Assembly (NCBI GenBank): GCA_041664365.1
Contig: JBAYKW010000005.1
Location: forward strand, 29,204-93,203
From: Patescibacteria group bacterium
Lineage (GTDB): Bacteria; Patescibacteriota; Patescibacteriia; UM-FILTER-42-10
DNA length: 64,000 nucleotides
Direction of reading: 5' to 3'
Shown one piece after another: positions 16,817 through 27,003 of this stretch. How positions within the stretch are numbered: position 1 is the first letter of the stretch; the number at the start of each line of letters is the position of its first letter. The notes beneath the pieces were generated by a model. That model saw only the letters and a program-made list of their open reading frames with translations, did not search any database and was not told the origin of the DNA. Position numbers and translations under genes: made by a program.

Positions 16817-17923
16817 TTACTGCTTGTCAATACCGACAGCATGATAATCAAAATTCAACCGATCCAAAATAACACTCCCCTCCTCACTACTGGCAAATCT
16901 TGGCTGAGCATAGTCTTCAATAATTACCGGAAAGAATTCAAGCCCGCTGATTCCCTCTTTAGAAAAAGTAATTTCCGCTATCATTCCTTCCCTGGTTTCT
17001 TGAGACCACATCTGGTCAAAAACAAAATTTCCCAGGCTGTAAATAATATATCCTTTCTGATATTTTTCCATTGTCTGCACGACGTGCGGATGGTGACCAA
17101 TCACCAGATCGGCTCCGGATTCAATAGCGGCATGTGCAAAATCTTTTTGGTGCTGATCGGGCGTAAACTCATACTCATTACCATCATGCATAGATACAAT
17201 TACAAAATCGGCAGTTTCGGATGCACCAGAAACATCCTGTTTCATTTTATCAAAATCCATAAAGGCAATTGTTGGTTCCTGCTCTTCAGAATCATAATCC
17301 ATTACAGGACTGCTTGCGTAACTATATGCCAGAAATGCAAACGATATTCCATTAATCTCCTTCGTATAAGTCTGAAATGCATCCTTAACACTTTTCCCCG
17401 CCCCCATATAACCTATTCCGGATTCATCTAAATATTTAAAGGTATCGGATAATCCTTCTTTACCAAAATTCAGAGAATGATTATTGGCGAGTGTAACAAG
17501 ATCAATGCCGGCAAATTGTAATCCTTCGACAGATTCCGGATCGGAGCGAAAAACCATTTCGTTCGTATTGATTTTCCTCCCTAGTGTAATTGGAGATTCC
17601 AGATTACCAAAAGTAATATCAGCACTTTTTAATAATTCTGCTGTTTTGAGAAAAGGATAATTAAAATCACTATATTTCTGCATCTTCGTATCTACGTCTC
17701 TGGAAAGCATAATATCCCCTACTGCCATTATCGTTACAACCGGCTCGTTCTTTTCAATGTCAACAACTGGTTGATTACTATTTATCGTAATATTTGAATT
17801 GTCATGTGCATTTGAAATGTTTCTTGTCGGCTCAATAATGCTTCCGCGGAGAATAAAAAAACCGATTCCAAGAGCTACTGCTATTTCCAGTATAATATAG
17901 TACTTTTTATTGAATATTTTCAT
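16817..17923 (-). CDS. CapA/PgsA-family metallophosphatase (poly-gamma-glutamate capsule synthesis-like)
   Basis: N-terminal TM helix. VGDIMLSR...ADITFGNLESPI...IVSMHDGNEY...VIGHHPHVVQ. Confidence 0.75.
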   Translation of the reverse strand: MKIFNKKYYIILEIAVALGIGFFILRGSIIEPTRNISNAHDNSNITINSNQPVVDIEKNEPVVTIMAVGDIMLSRDVDTKMQKYSDFNYPFLKTAELLKSADITFGNLESPITLGRKINTNEMVFRSDPESVEGLQFAGIDLVTLANNHSLNFGKEGLSDTFKYLDESGIGYMGAGKSVKDAFQTYTKEINGISFAFLAYSYASSPVMDYDSEEQEPTIAFMDFDKMKQDVSGASETADFVIVSMHDGNEYEFTPDQHQKDFAHAAIESGADLVIGHHPHVVQTMEKYQKGYIIYSLGNFVFDQMWSQETREGMIAEITFSKEGISGLEFFPVIIEDYAQPRFASSEEGSVILDRLNFDYHAVGIDKQ

Positions 17924-18053
17924 ATCATAATTATATCACTTTCTGTAAAAAAACCGGGGTAGTTTCTAGATACATAAAGACTGCTTTAGTGTGCGTAATT
18001 GACTAAATACATTTAATTGTTTATTATGATTCTGATCTCTTAAAATTTGCTAT

Positions 18054-18128
18054 TGGGGAGTAGCCAAGTGGTAAGGCAACGGGTTTTGGTCCCGTGATGC
18101 GGGGGTTCGAGTCCCTCCTCCCCAGCCA
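18054..18128 (+). tRNA. tRNA-Gln (anticodon TTG)
   Basis: Cloverleaf drawn by hand. Acceptor UGGGGAG/CUCCCCA. Anticodon stem ACGGG/CCCGU with loop UUUUGGU. T-arm GGGGGUUCGAGUCCCUC. CCA encoded. Confidence 0.65.
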
Positions 18129-18237
18129 AAGGGTTATTAAAAAGAATCAACGTTACTTAAGACGTTGTTTTTATTTATATCCAACCACAACTACCAATAC
18201 GGTTTTATTATCTATTCCCTAATCCCTACACCCTAAT

Positions 18238-19155
18238 CTACACCCTCAAATACCTACTGATCGCAATCATACCGCTGATTACACTGATTACAATAGAAAT
18301 CAGAATTTGCAGACCGAGCATTGCCCAAAAATTTGCTGTGAAATACGCAAACATATTGAAATCATATCCTTCAAACAAGGTATCAATATATGGGGAGACA
18401 GCTGAAAGTAAAGGAAATAGAATCAAGATGGTAATTACACTTGCCAGAATTCCATACAAAACGCTTTCCAAAACAAACGGCAACCGGATAAACATATTCT
18501 GCGCGCCGACAAGTCGCATAATCCCCAGTTCTTCTCTCTGAGTATACATATTCATCCGTAATGTATTAAATACAACCAGGATAGCGACAAGGATAAATAT
18601 TGCACTTACGCCAAGTCCGAATTGATAAATCCGACCGGTAATTTTCGTAAGCCGTTCAATGACAACCTGATTATCCTCAAAATTCCTACTGGCAATCAAA
18701 CTGCTGTAATCCGAATTATCTAAATTCACAACGATAGTTGAATAATCCTCCAGGCGCACAGCTTTCACAATCAGAGCGGAAGGTAGTGGATTCTCCTCAA
18801 TCTCCGATAATGACTCCTGGATTTTTATATCGTCCTTATGTGCCTCTTTAAAATTCTCTAGAGCCTCATCCTTCGAAACATACTCAACACTTTTTACTTC
18901 AGAAATTGATTCCAAATATGCCTGGACAGCAAGAACTTTATCTTCCGGAACAGTAGGATCAAAGAATACATCCATATCCACCTGATCTTTAACGGATTTA
19001 ATTGCATTATCTGCTACAACATTTAAAGTAAAAACTAAACTGATAGAAAAAAGCGTCAGAACAAGAATAAATACCGTAACTAAAGATAGCCAGAAATTTC
19101 GTTTAAAATTTTGAAAGCCGAATTTTAATATTCTTCCAAGTGTTGTAAATATCAT
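18238..19155 (-). CDS. ftsX: Cell division permease FtsX
   Basis: FtsX-type topology and the C-terminal 3-TM permease region. Adjacent to ftsE. Confidence 0.85.
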   Translation of the reverse strand: MIFTTLGRILKFGFQNFKRNFWLSLVTVFILVLTLFSISLVFTLNVVADNAIKSVKDQVDMDVFFDPTVPEDKVLAVQAYLESISEVKSVEYVSKDEALENFKEAHKDDIKIQESLSEIEENPLPSALIVKAVRLEDYSTIVVNLDNSDYSSLIASRNFEDNQVVIERLTKITGRIYQFGLGVSAIFILVAILVVFNTLRMNMYTQREELGIMRLVGAQNMFIRLPFVLESVLYGILASVITILILFPLLSAVSPYIDTLFEGYDFNMFAYFTANFWAMLGLQILISIVISVISGMIAISRYLRV

Positions 19156-19157
19156 AT

Positions 19158-19838
19158 TTATAATATATATCTTCCTGATTTCTGATCAGAAATAATCTGA
19201 CCTTGATCAAGTGTAATCACCCTTTTTCTAAGACTGTTTACAATATCCGGATTATGCGTGACTAAAATTATTGTCGTGCCAAATTTATTAATCTTCAAAA
19301 GCAAATCAATAATTTCGCGGACATTGATCGCATCCAGATTTCCGGTCGGCTCATCCGCCAGCAAAATCTTCGGACGATGCACTAATGATCTGGCGATGAC
19401 CACGCGTTGCTTTTCCCCGCCCGAAAGCTGATCGGGAAATCGAAATGCTTTATCTTCCAGACCTACAACTTTCAAAACCTGCGGGACAATTGTTTTGATT
19501 TTTTTTGTCGGAGCTCCGCTGACTTCCAGCGCAAAAGCAATATTTTCAAATACAGTTTTTTTCGGCAATAGTTTAAAATCCTGAAAAACAACCCCGATCT
19601 GCCGTCTCAAAACCGGTATCTCCGAATTTTTTATATTGGTAATATCCCAGCCACCGATGATGATCTTGCCTTTTTCCGCTTTCTCCTCAGCAATAATCAG
19701 TTTTGCCAGTGTTGTTTTACCGGTTCCGCTCTGACCGACGATTGAGACAAATTCGCCCGGTTTGATATGCAAATTAACGTTTCTGATTGCAACGTGGGTT
19801 CCCGGATATGTTTTTGTTACTCCTCGGAGTTTAATCAT
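19158..19838 (-). CDS. ftsE: Cell division ATP-binding protein FtsE
   Basis: Walker A GQSGTGKTT, ABC signature LSGGEKQR, Walker B ILLADEPT. Confidence 0.9.
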   Translation of the reverse strand: MIKLRGVTKTYPGTHVAIRNVNLHIKPGEFVSIVGQSGTGKTTLAKLIIAEEKAEKGKIIIGGWDITNIKNSEIPVLRRQIGVVFQDFKLLPKKTVFENIAFALEVSGAPTKKIKTIVPQVLKVVGLEDKAFRFPDQLSGGEKQRVVIARSLVHRPKILLADEPTGNLDAINVREIIDLLLKINKFGTTIILVTHNPDIVNSLRKRVITLDQGQIISDQKSGRYIL

Positions 19839-19846
19839 AATATTAT

Positions 19847-20986
19847 TTATAATTCTTCAACACGCACACGAATAACTCCATCCATATATAAACTGGCAAT
19901 TGTACCAAAAGCCTTGCTAGTTAAATCAATAATTCTACCGGCTACAAACGGTCCTGTGGATACCACTGTAACATCCACCCATTTACCATTGGCTAAATTG
20001 GTAACTCTTAAAATAGTATCATATGGATAATCATTAGACGCTGCCCCGTTTGGATATTTACTGCTTTGATACCAGCTGGCGTATCCCGTTTCCATATAGT
20101 TACTATTTCTCAACACCACTACTTTTGCGTATTTGAGATGGATAAAGGCTCTTACCTCATCACCACCCGGGGATGTTTTTGAAGGTAAGGGAATCCAGGC
20201 TCCTTTATTACCGTCATAGTAATACATTTCCTTTTTATGGTCATCAGGTTCTGTTAATCGCATGTTTAAAATAACCGGCTTGGCAAACACAATGGGTTTG
20301 GCTGTTTTTAATTCAAAAGAATAGATATCACTTGCCTGCTCGAGACCGTCAGGAAACTGAGCATTTTCTTGAGAGTCTATTTTAAACACAATGGTAGCCG
20401 GCTGGTCAATCGTATTTGAATTAACTCCAACTTTGAAATTTGAGTCCTCATCATTTGCGACTGTATAACCCTTTTCTAAAGTTGCCCTGTCCAATCGAAC
20501 TCTGTAAGCTCTTTTTTCTAGAACAATCAGTTTTGCCGACACGGCAGTGATTTGTCCTTTGATTTTGGTATCAGAAGATTTTGAATCTATTTTCTGCCAA
20601 GAATTTTTTTCCTCATTATAATAATATAAATGCTTTGGTGTTAAATTTTCCGATTCATAATTAACAGCAACATTGACCGGATATTGAAGATCTGAGGTTT
20701 GAACACCGGAGAATGAATACTGATAAACATTACTTACCGCAGTTGTATCCTTCGGCAAAGCCGGGAAACTTTCCAATTCATTCAAATTGGCAGTCAGGGC
20801 ACCTTCATACAAACCCGCAACAACTCCGACACTGAACTGGGAATCAGCAAAATTAACGGTATATCCTTTCGCTACTGTATCAGCATCCAGGTATAAACTT
20901 GTGTCAGCAGCCAGCGTTTCATTGGAAATAAAAAAAAGGCTTGCTAACGCGATCCCGAATATGATCTTGTTTTTGGCTCTTGTCAT
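19847..20986 (-). CDS. RlpA-like septal lytic transglycosylase (C-terminal double-psi beta-barrel) with two N-terminal copies of an uncharacterised KGYTV domain
   Basis: C-terminus GYASWYQSS...YDTILRVTNLANGKWVDVTVVSTGPFVAGRIIDLTSKAF...VRVEE is the RlpA DPBB. The N-terminus has two roughly 130-aa repeats, each starting at (A/E)KGYTV. Confidence 0.7.
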   Translation of the reverse strand: MTRAKNKIIFGIALASLFFISNETLAADTSLYLDADTVAKGYTVNFADSQFSVGVVAGLYEGALTANLNELESFPALPKDTTAVSNVYQYSFSGVQTSDLQYPVNVAVNYESENLTPKHLYYYNEEKNSWQKIDSKSSDTKIKGQITAVSAKLIVLEKRAYRVRLDRATLEKGYTVANDEDSNFKVGVNSNTIDQPATIVFKIDSQENAQFPDGLEQASDIYSFELKTAKPIVFAKPVILNMRLTEPDDHKKEMYYYDGNKGAWIPLPSKTSPGGDEVRAFIHLKYAKVVVLRNSNYMETGYASWYQSSKYPNGAASNDYPYDTILRVTNLANGKWVDVTVVSTGPFVAGRIIDLTSKAFGTIASLYMDGVIRVRVEEL

Positions 20987-21025
20987 GTCAAATACTATTC
21001 TAGTATAATGTTACTGTTTAGACAA

Positions 21026-21099
21026 GCGGGTATAGTTTAGTGGTAGAACATGTCCTTCCCAAGGATAAAGTGCGGGTTCGATTCCCACTACCCGCTCCA
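21026..21099 (+). tRNA. tRNA-Gly (anticodon CCC)
   Basis: Acceptor GCGGGUA/UACCCGC. Anticodon stem UGUCC/GGAUA with loop UUCCCAA. T-loop GGUUCGAUUCC. CCA encoded. One C-A mismatch in the T-stem. Confidence 0.65.
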
Positions 21100-21212
21100 A
21101 ACAACCAAACGAGTGTATAAACTATGAGCTGTATTAGATGGGTTCTGCGCCGGAGGCGCACCCGCCTCTGGCGGAGATTCTTACTACCCCCCAAATAGGC
21201 CAAGACTTAGGC

Positions 21213-21629
21213 TTATTTTTTGTTTAAAACCTTTTTTGCTGTTTCTACCACTTCTTTCGGCAGAAAGTTTGCTTTAATCAAATAATCCACCGCTCCTAAA
21301 CTGCTGGCTTTTTTTCTGTCTTCCGGACTGTCCAGATTGGTCAGGGTAATGACCGGGATATTCTTTGTCTTTGGATCTTTTTTTAATCGTCCCAATAAAT
21401 TAAATCCTACTCTTTTGCTGAATTCTATTACTTTTCCCTCCGCTTCAGGGATAATAACATCCAATAGAACTAACGAGACACCGTTTTCCTGAGCAAGTTT
21501 TAATCCGCCGGATGCATTAGTAGCAACTAAAAGCTCATATGTGGAATTACGAAAAGCAGCCTGATACATCGAAACTAAGCTTGGCTCATCTTCCACTAAT
21601 AATATTTTTTTACCCGCCTTTGATGCCAT
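21213..21629 (-). CDS. Response regulator receiver (CheY-like, standalone REC)
   Basis: KKILLVEDE, LVLLDVIIP (phospho-acceptor Asp), KAN.. region. Confidence 0.8.
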   Translation of the reverse strand: MASKAGKKILLVEDEPSLVSMYQAAFRNSTYELLVATNASGGLKLAQENGVSLVLLDVIIPEAEGKVIEFSKRVGFNLLGRLKKDPKTKNIPVITLTNLDSPEDRKKASSLGAVDYLIKANFLPKEVVETAKKVLNKK

Positions 21630-21684
21630 AATAATTTAGTTATGTATTTATAGTACCAAAATTTGATGATGATTTCAAATAGCC

Positions 21685-23829
21685 CTATTTAATAGGTATT
21701 GTTAAAGTAAATTTACTGCCTTTGTTCTTACCCTTGCTTTCAGCGGTAATTGTTCCACCCATTGCCTCCAGCATCTTCTTGGCAATAAATAATCCCAAAC
21801 CCGTGCCGTTTGGATGGACTTGTAATATCCCCTCTCCGCGGGTGAATTTTGTGAATATCGATCTTAAGTCATTCTTGCTCATTCCGATTCCGTTATCTGT
21901 AACTTCAATCACGATCTGATTTTCTTTTCTGCGCGCCGATATGTTTACATTCCCTCCCGCAGTGTAATGAACCGCATTGTCAATAATATTTGTAATCGCC
22001 TCTTTAAGTTTGATTGGATCCGCAAGCGTTTTCGGAATTGGCCGAACCGGCTTATCAAAAACTAGTTTCACTTTTAATTGGTCCGCCAGCGGCAACAAAC
22101 CGCGCACAATTTCTTCTATAATATGTTCAATTCTGACTTTCTTGAAATCCATCCGCATTTTTTTGCCTTCCAGCTCCGTGGCATTCAGTAATTCATGAAT
22201 AATTCTTTCCAAACGGTTGATCCCCTCATAAGCCTGCGAGATAAATCTTTCCCTCTCGTCATTCGGTAGATCTTTTTCTTCAATAACAAGTGAAAGCATT
22301 CCGCGTACAATGCTGGTTGGCGTCCTTAATTGATGTGATGCAACGGTAAGAAAGTCTGACTTGATTTTCAAAAGTTCCCTCAAGCGTTTCGTCGCGTCAT
22401 CAACTTTGTATTTGAGTGTTTCATTGAAACCCTGTATCTCATTATACAACCGCGCGTTTTCAATTGAGATTGCCGCGTGGTTAGCGAGCGATTCAAGCAG
22501 TCTCATATCTTCCTGGGTATATGCGTCACGTGATATTTTTTTGCCTAGAATAATACAAGAGATTAATTCACCTTTAGAAACTAGCGGCAGTACAACAGCA
22601 ACGTCCTGGCTTTTCATCTGTTCTTTAGCATATTCAATATCTTCCTCCGAATAATTATAATTCTGTGCATTCCGAACCAGTTCGTCATAGACCAGCGGTT
22701 TTTTGATTGCGGATATAAAATCACTGCAACGGGAATTTGTAACCATCCTGGTTAGGTTTGATTCATTGAAACCAATTATCTTCATCGGTTCATAATGCTT
22801 ATTCTTTACAAAAAGACCGACATTATCCATCCTCATGGTTTGCTGGACAGTATCAACCACAACATTTGCGACTTCCGGCAAGTTGATTGTGGAAGATACA
22901 TCTTTTGAAAATTTGTCCAGCGTTTCCTGATAGTCATAAAGGCTGGCAAAAAAGTATTTATTGCTCAGTTGCTTCAGTTTTTTGCTCATAAAGACGAATC
23001 CAGCTAAAAACAAAGGTGCAAAAACAATAGCAGTCAGTAATGCGCCAAGGGTAAACGGACCACCGAAACTGGTGTAATCTGACCATGCCACCAAGTAATA
23101 TGCACTAACAACAAATATTCCCATACCAATATAAAACACCGCTTTCCTGATTACCAATCGGATATCCATCAGGCGATATTTAGTTATTGCATACGTAATT
23201 ATAACTATATAAAGTGTTACAAGAAAATTACCAAATGGGTAAAGATGAGAAATTTGCGGAAGGAAATTTGTCGATCCACCAACAAAGCCAATAGCACTTG
23301 CAATCATAACATATTTGATTTGTTGCCTTGTTACACCTGATGATTTTTTGTAGTGGATTAACAGAAATAATAACGATACTGAATTCAATACCACAAAATA
23401 TATTGGAAATAATATATATAAACTTCCGGGATTTATCCAAAACTGAAAACTCCCCAATGGTTCCACTCCCTGTTTGAATAGTGGCGAAAAACTAAATACA
23501 GATAAAAGAATTGTTATTACATATGCAAACCGAACTAATAGTCTATTCTTTTTCTCTTTATTCGATAATCTTACAACAAACTCTAAAAAGAATACTGGGA
23601 TCGCTATTGCAGAAATATCCAGAATATTTTGAGCTAATTCAGCAACTTGCCTTGAATTCGATGAAACAACAAAGAATAAACCAAAGCTCCATACACTAAC
23701 TGCAATATTTGCTTTAATCCATGAACGATTTATTAATAAATCTCGATTCTTAACAAATATAAACAAAGCTTGAGTAAGACTTAATAATGCCGTAATAAAA
23801 CTCGATATGCCAAAAGCACTAATAACCAT
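21685..23829 (-). CDS. Sensor histidine kinase (N-terminal 7TM domain, GAF-like region, HisKA, HATPase_c)
   Basis: H-box ASHQLRTPTS. N/G boxes (NAVHYT, DNGIGM, GTGLGL). Six to seven N-terminal TM helices. Confidence 0.85.
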   Translation of the reverse strand: MVISAFGISSFITALLSLTQALFIFVKNRDLLINRSWIKANIAVSVWSFGLFFVVSSNSRQVAELAQNILDISAIAIPVFFLEFVVRLSNKEKKNRLLVRFAYVITILLSVFSFSPLFKQGVEPLGSFQFWINPGSLYILFPIYFVVLNSVSLLFLLIHYKKSSGVTRQQIKYVMIASAIGFVGGSTNFLPQISHLYPFGNFLVTLYIVIITYAITKYRLMDIRLVIRKAVFYIGMGIFVVSAYYLVAWSDYTSFGGPFTLGALLTAIVFAPLFLAGFVFMSKKLKQLSNKYFFASLYDYQETLDKFSKDVSSTINLPEVANVVVDTVQQTMRMDNVGLFVKNKHYEPMKIIGFNESNLTRMVTNSRCSDFISAIKKPLVYDELVRNAQNYNYSEEDIEYAKEQMKSQDVAVVLPLVSKGELISCIILGKKISRDAYTQEDMRLLESLANHAAISIENARLYNEIQGFNETLKYKVDDATKRLRELLKIKSDFLTVASHQLRTPTSIVRGMLSLVIEEKDLPNDERERFISQAYEGINRLERIIHELLNATELEGKKMRMDFKKVRIEHIIEEIVRGLLPLADQLKVKLVFDKPVRPIPKTLADPIKLKEAITNIIDNAVHYTAGGNVNISARRKENQIVIEVTDNGIGMSKNDLRSIFTKFTRGEGILQVHPNGTGLGLFIAKKMLEAMGGTITAESKGKNKGSKFTLTIPIK

Positions 23830-25168
23830 TTAATTCACTCCAATCATATATTACCCACGACCTTTTTTGAGCAATTTTTTTTAATCTTATATCGGGATTA
23901 ACAACTATAGGATAATTTACATATTCGAGCAAAGGTAAATCAGAATGATGATCACCGTATGCGATTGAATTCATCCTATTAACATTACATTTTTCAAGAA
24001 ATCTCTGTGCAAGAATTGTTTTATTCTTACCATAGACAGCACCACTTAGAAGCTCACCACTGAATTTCCCTTCTTCTGATTTAATTCGAGTCGCTATTAT
24101 ATATGGAACATCTAAATAATTTCGTAGTGGCTCAATAAGAAAATCCCAGGATGCAGAAAACAAAACAATTATATCGCCAGTTTTTTTATGTTCAATGATT
24201 TTTTCAAAAGCTTCTTTGTGAATGTGTTTAATAATAACCTCATTAAAAAATTCATTGCTAATTCTTTTTAAATCTTCCACTCTCCACCCACTAATAACCT
24301 TATATGCTTTCTTTCTAACATCATCAACGTTTGGTAAAAGATGAAATTTATACAAAAGAAAATAAAGAGATAATTTTGTTACAATCCATTTTGAAATGTA
24401 ATGTTTAGAATTCAAATATTTTATAAACAATTTTTGAGTCTGATCATCCACAATTGTTCTATCAACGTCAAAAAAAACTACTTTCATTTCGGGACGATCT
24501 TCATTTAATAACTTAGGAACATTTCTTCTGGCATGTATATATCTTTCCTTTGATAAATCTGATATTTTATGCATCACATGATCTGTTAATTTTCTTAATA
24601 TATGATTTTCATATTCTCTACCAAAATATGGATCAAGAAAAATTGGCTCCCCAACATTAATATGACATTTTCTTAGCTTTGGAAATTTTCCTGCCTTTGG
24701 TAATATTTCAAATGTACCAACTAAACCGACTGGAATGATTGGAACTTTTGCAGTTAATGCCAAGCGAGCAACTCCCGTATAAGCTTTTCTAAGCTCTCCA
24801 TTATCTGATCTGCTCCCTTCAGGGAATATTCCGACAATTTTACCATTTCTTAACAAACCTATTGCCCTCGAAATAGCTTCCCCCTGATAGACACTTGTAT
24901 ACCGATCAATTGGAATTTGTCCCGATAGAATCATTAATGGACGCCAAGCCTTACTTTTAAAAAACTTTTCGGCTGCTAAAAAGCTAATATCTCTTTTGAG
25001 CGCCGACGAAAGTAGTAAAAAATCAAAAAAACTTTCATGATTTGATGCCAACACTAGACCACCATATTTTGGAATATTTTCAGCGCCATTAACTGATCCA
25101 ATCCACTTCCTGAATAATGGACTTATTAGGAATTTTATTACCCTCCATAATATTTTCTTTGTCTTCAT
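23819..25168 (-). CDS. Fusion protein: 1-acyl-sn-glycerol-3-phosphate acyltransferase (PlsC-like) N-terminal half and HAD-IB hydrolase C-terminal half
   Basis: NHESFFD (HxxxxD) and FPEGSRS acyltransferase motifs. The C-terminal half carries FFDVDRTIVDD, the HAD DxDxT motif. Confidence 0.7.
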   Translation of the reverse strand: MKTKKILWRVIKFLISPLFRKWIGSVNGAENIPKYGGLVLASNHESFFDFLLLSSALKRDISFLAAEKFFKSKAWRPLMILSGQIPIDRYTSVYQGEAISRAIGLLRNGKIVGIFPEGSRSDNGELRKAYTGVARLALTAKVPIIPVGLVGTFEILPKAGKFPKLRKCHINVGEPIFLDPYFGREYENHILRKLTDHVMHKISDLSKERYIHARRNVPKLLNEDRPEMKVVFFDVDRTIVDDQTQKLFIKYLNSKHYISKWIVTKLSLYFLLYKFHLLPNVDDVRKKAYKVISGWRVEDLKRISNEFFNEVIIKHIHKEAFEKIIEHKKTGDIIVLFSASWDFLIEPLRNYLDVPYIIATRIKSEEGKFSGELLSGAVYGKNKTILAQRFLEKCNVNRMNSIAYGDHHSDLPLLEYVNYPIVVNPDIRLKKIAQKRSWVIYDWSELNGY

Positions 25169-25317
25169 CTGTCGTGGTCAAATTGCAATAAATTTATTAT
25201 ACCAGATTCCTGCAAGTTTTGGTATCACAACATATTATTATTGACTTTACCTTAGCCAAAAGCTATACTGAAGCCGTCGCAATATGTATAGCCGTCTCTA
25301 ATAATTACGCTAAAATT

Positions 25318-25992
25318 ATGAAATATCACGGCATAATATTAATGGTAATTGGGATATTAGAACTAATACTTGGCATCAGTTTTCTAACAAAGAAAAGAAT
25401 TGGCGAAGCTGTGCGTTGGTACACCCTTCTCATATTTAGTGTGTCTTTGTGGGTATTGACTAATGCTGTTGCCGCACTGAATGACAGTTATGTTATCCAG
25501 CATTTTTTTATCGAAATGACTTACATTAGCGGCGGTTTTATTGCTATAACCTTTTTGCTTTTCACTTACAATTTCCCGTCAGTAAAAAAGATTATTTCAC
25601 CAATTAAAACATTTTTACTTTTCTTACCCGCAATAATTAATATTTTTATTATTTTATTGACGCATACTTATGTTAAAGGAATCGAAATTATAAATGGCAG
25701 TATACGAGAAGATTTTGATTTTATGATCTACATATTTTCGGCATATTTTTTAATTTTCTGGTCCTGGGGAATGTGGAATATTATTGATTCCTATAGAAAA
25801 GCGGATGGCTATCATCGATGGTTATTAAAATATCTCCTGGTGGGAATTGCCATATCCGCAACACTTGGAATTACTGCGGACATTATTTTACCACTCATTA
25901 ATGTTACATTCCCCGGCAGGAATTTTATAGGTGCGGAATTCTCTATCGTGTGGCTTGGTTTTACCTCATATATTCTTTATAAAAAAGCATAG
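25318..25992 (+). CDS. Standalone 7TM membrane protein resembling the N-terminal sensing domain of the adjacent histidine kinase
   Basis: Start at 25318 (MKYHGIILMVIG). Seven hydrophobic helices. The upstream promoter is TTGACT, 17-nt spacer, TATACT. Confidence 0.45.
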   Translation: MKYHGIILMVIGILELILGISFLTKKRIGEAVRWYTLLIFSVSLWVLTNAVAALNDSYVIQHFFIEMTYISGGFIAITFLLFTYNFPSVKKIISPIKTFLLFLPAIINIFIILLTHTYVKGIEIINGSIREDFDFMIYIFSAYFLIFWSWGMWNIIDSYRKADGYHRWLLKYLLVGIAISATLGITADIILPLINVTFPGRNFIGAEFSIVWLGFTSYILYKKA

Positions 25993-25994
25993 CA

Positions 25995-27002
25995 ATGCCC
26001 ACACCTCGCAAAAAAATTGGCTTAATCATCTTGGGCGGAACAGTATTATCGGAAGAAAGTTCTGATAAAAATGCTGTGACCGTCAAAGGTGATATCAAAC
26101 CCTGGCTCGCCAAAATGCCGGAGATTAATATCATGGCAGAAATCGAGCCGATTTTTATTTTGGGTGAAAAGGACAACGAACCGGATCTAAATCATTGGAT
26201 TAAGCTTGGCAAAATCATCGCGGACAGAATTGATGAATTCGACGGATTTGTTGTCACCCACCACGTCCACTCACTACTTGCGGCTGCCTGCGCGCTCTCT
26301 TTTATGCTGTTGAACGTTGCCAAACCAGTGGTATTTACCGGATCACAGATTCCTTTCATGCTAGCAAAGAAAAAAACGGACAAAAAGATTTTGAAAAAAT
26401 ATAAAGGACTGGGCATCAAGGCTAATCTGATTAACGCTCTGCAGATAGCCATCCAGGGACCGGCTGAAGTTTCCATCATGTTCGGTAACAAGCTGGTCCG
26501 GGCTAATCAGGCACATATTACAAAGAGCCTGAGTCTAAATCTGTTTGATGCTCCGTTGAAAGCCGTACTGGCAACTATTGATTTCGGTATCAAGATATCA
26601 GAGCACGCACATGCTGACAATAATGGCACTTTAATATTTAGTGCAAATTTTGACGATAATGTTTCGGTAGTAGATTTCAACTCCGAGCAAAACGCGGATT
26701 ATTTGAAATGGGTGCTCGAAAAGAAACCCAACGGCATAATTATTCAGACCCACAATCCCGAATCTGCCCTGGAACTGTTAAAAAAACTGATTCCGGAGAG
26801 CTATGACATGCCGATTGTGATCCATACCGACATACCGTATTCCAATAGTGCCAACGCCTCGTATATTCTCATTGACAATATGACTTTTGAGGCTACGCTC
26901 ATGAAGCTCAAATGGGCGCTTGGTCAAACAAAAAACCGCAAGAAAATTGCTATTTTAATGAAGGAAAATGTTGCTTCAGAATTATTGGAGGGAGAAGAAT
27001 AA
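25995..27002 (+). CDS. Asparaginase-family protein with a divergent active site (asparaginase/GatD-like)
   Basis: N-terminus IGLIILGGTV matches the asparaginase GGT motif. The second catalytic TDT triad appears replaced (GFVVTHHVHS). Confidence 0.55.
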   Translation: MPTPRKKIGLIILGGTVLSEESSDKNAVTVKGDIKPWLAKMPEINIMAEIEPIFILGEKDNEPDLNHWIKLGKIIADRIDEFDGFVVTHHVHSLLAAACALSFMLLNVAKPVVFTGSQIPFMLAKKKTDKKILKKYKGLGIKANLINALQIAIQGPAEVSIMFGNKLVRANQAHITKSLSLNLFDAPLKAVLATIDFGIKISEHAHADNNGTLIFSANFDDNVSVVDFNSEQNADYLKWVLEKKPNGIIIQTHNPESALELLKKLIPESYDMPIVIHTDIPYSNSANASYILIDNMTFEATLMKLKWALGQTKNRKKIAILMKENVASELLEGEE

Positions 27003-27003
27003 A

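Noticed and set aside
16649-17431. 260-aa plus-strand ORF
   Set aside because: It is antisense to the well-supported CapA-family gene (16817..17923). The translation is a low-complexity Ile/Leu/Phe-rich sequence with no domain.
18195-18240. Telomere-like CCCTAA repeats (ccctaatccctacaccctaatc), also at 1330-1410 and 50195-50260
   Set aside because: The repeats are imperfect and short. They sit in 5' leaders or gene junctions of a bacterial-type genome. I treat them as leader or regulatory repeats, not telomeres.
21018-21203. 61-aa ORF overlapping tRNA-Gly
   Set aside because: It overlaps a clear tRNA cloverleaf on the opposite strand and has no coding signal.
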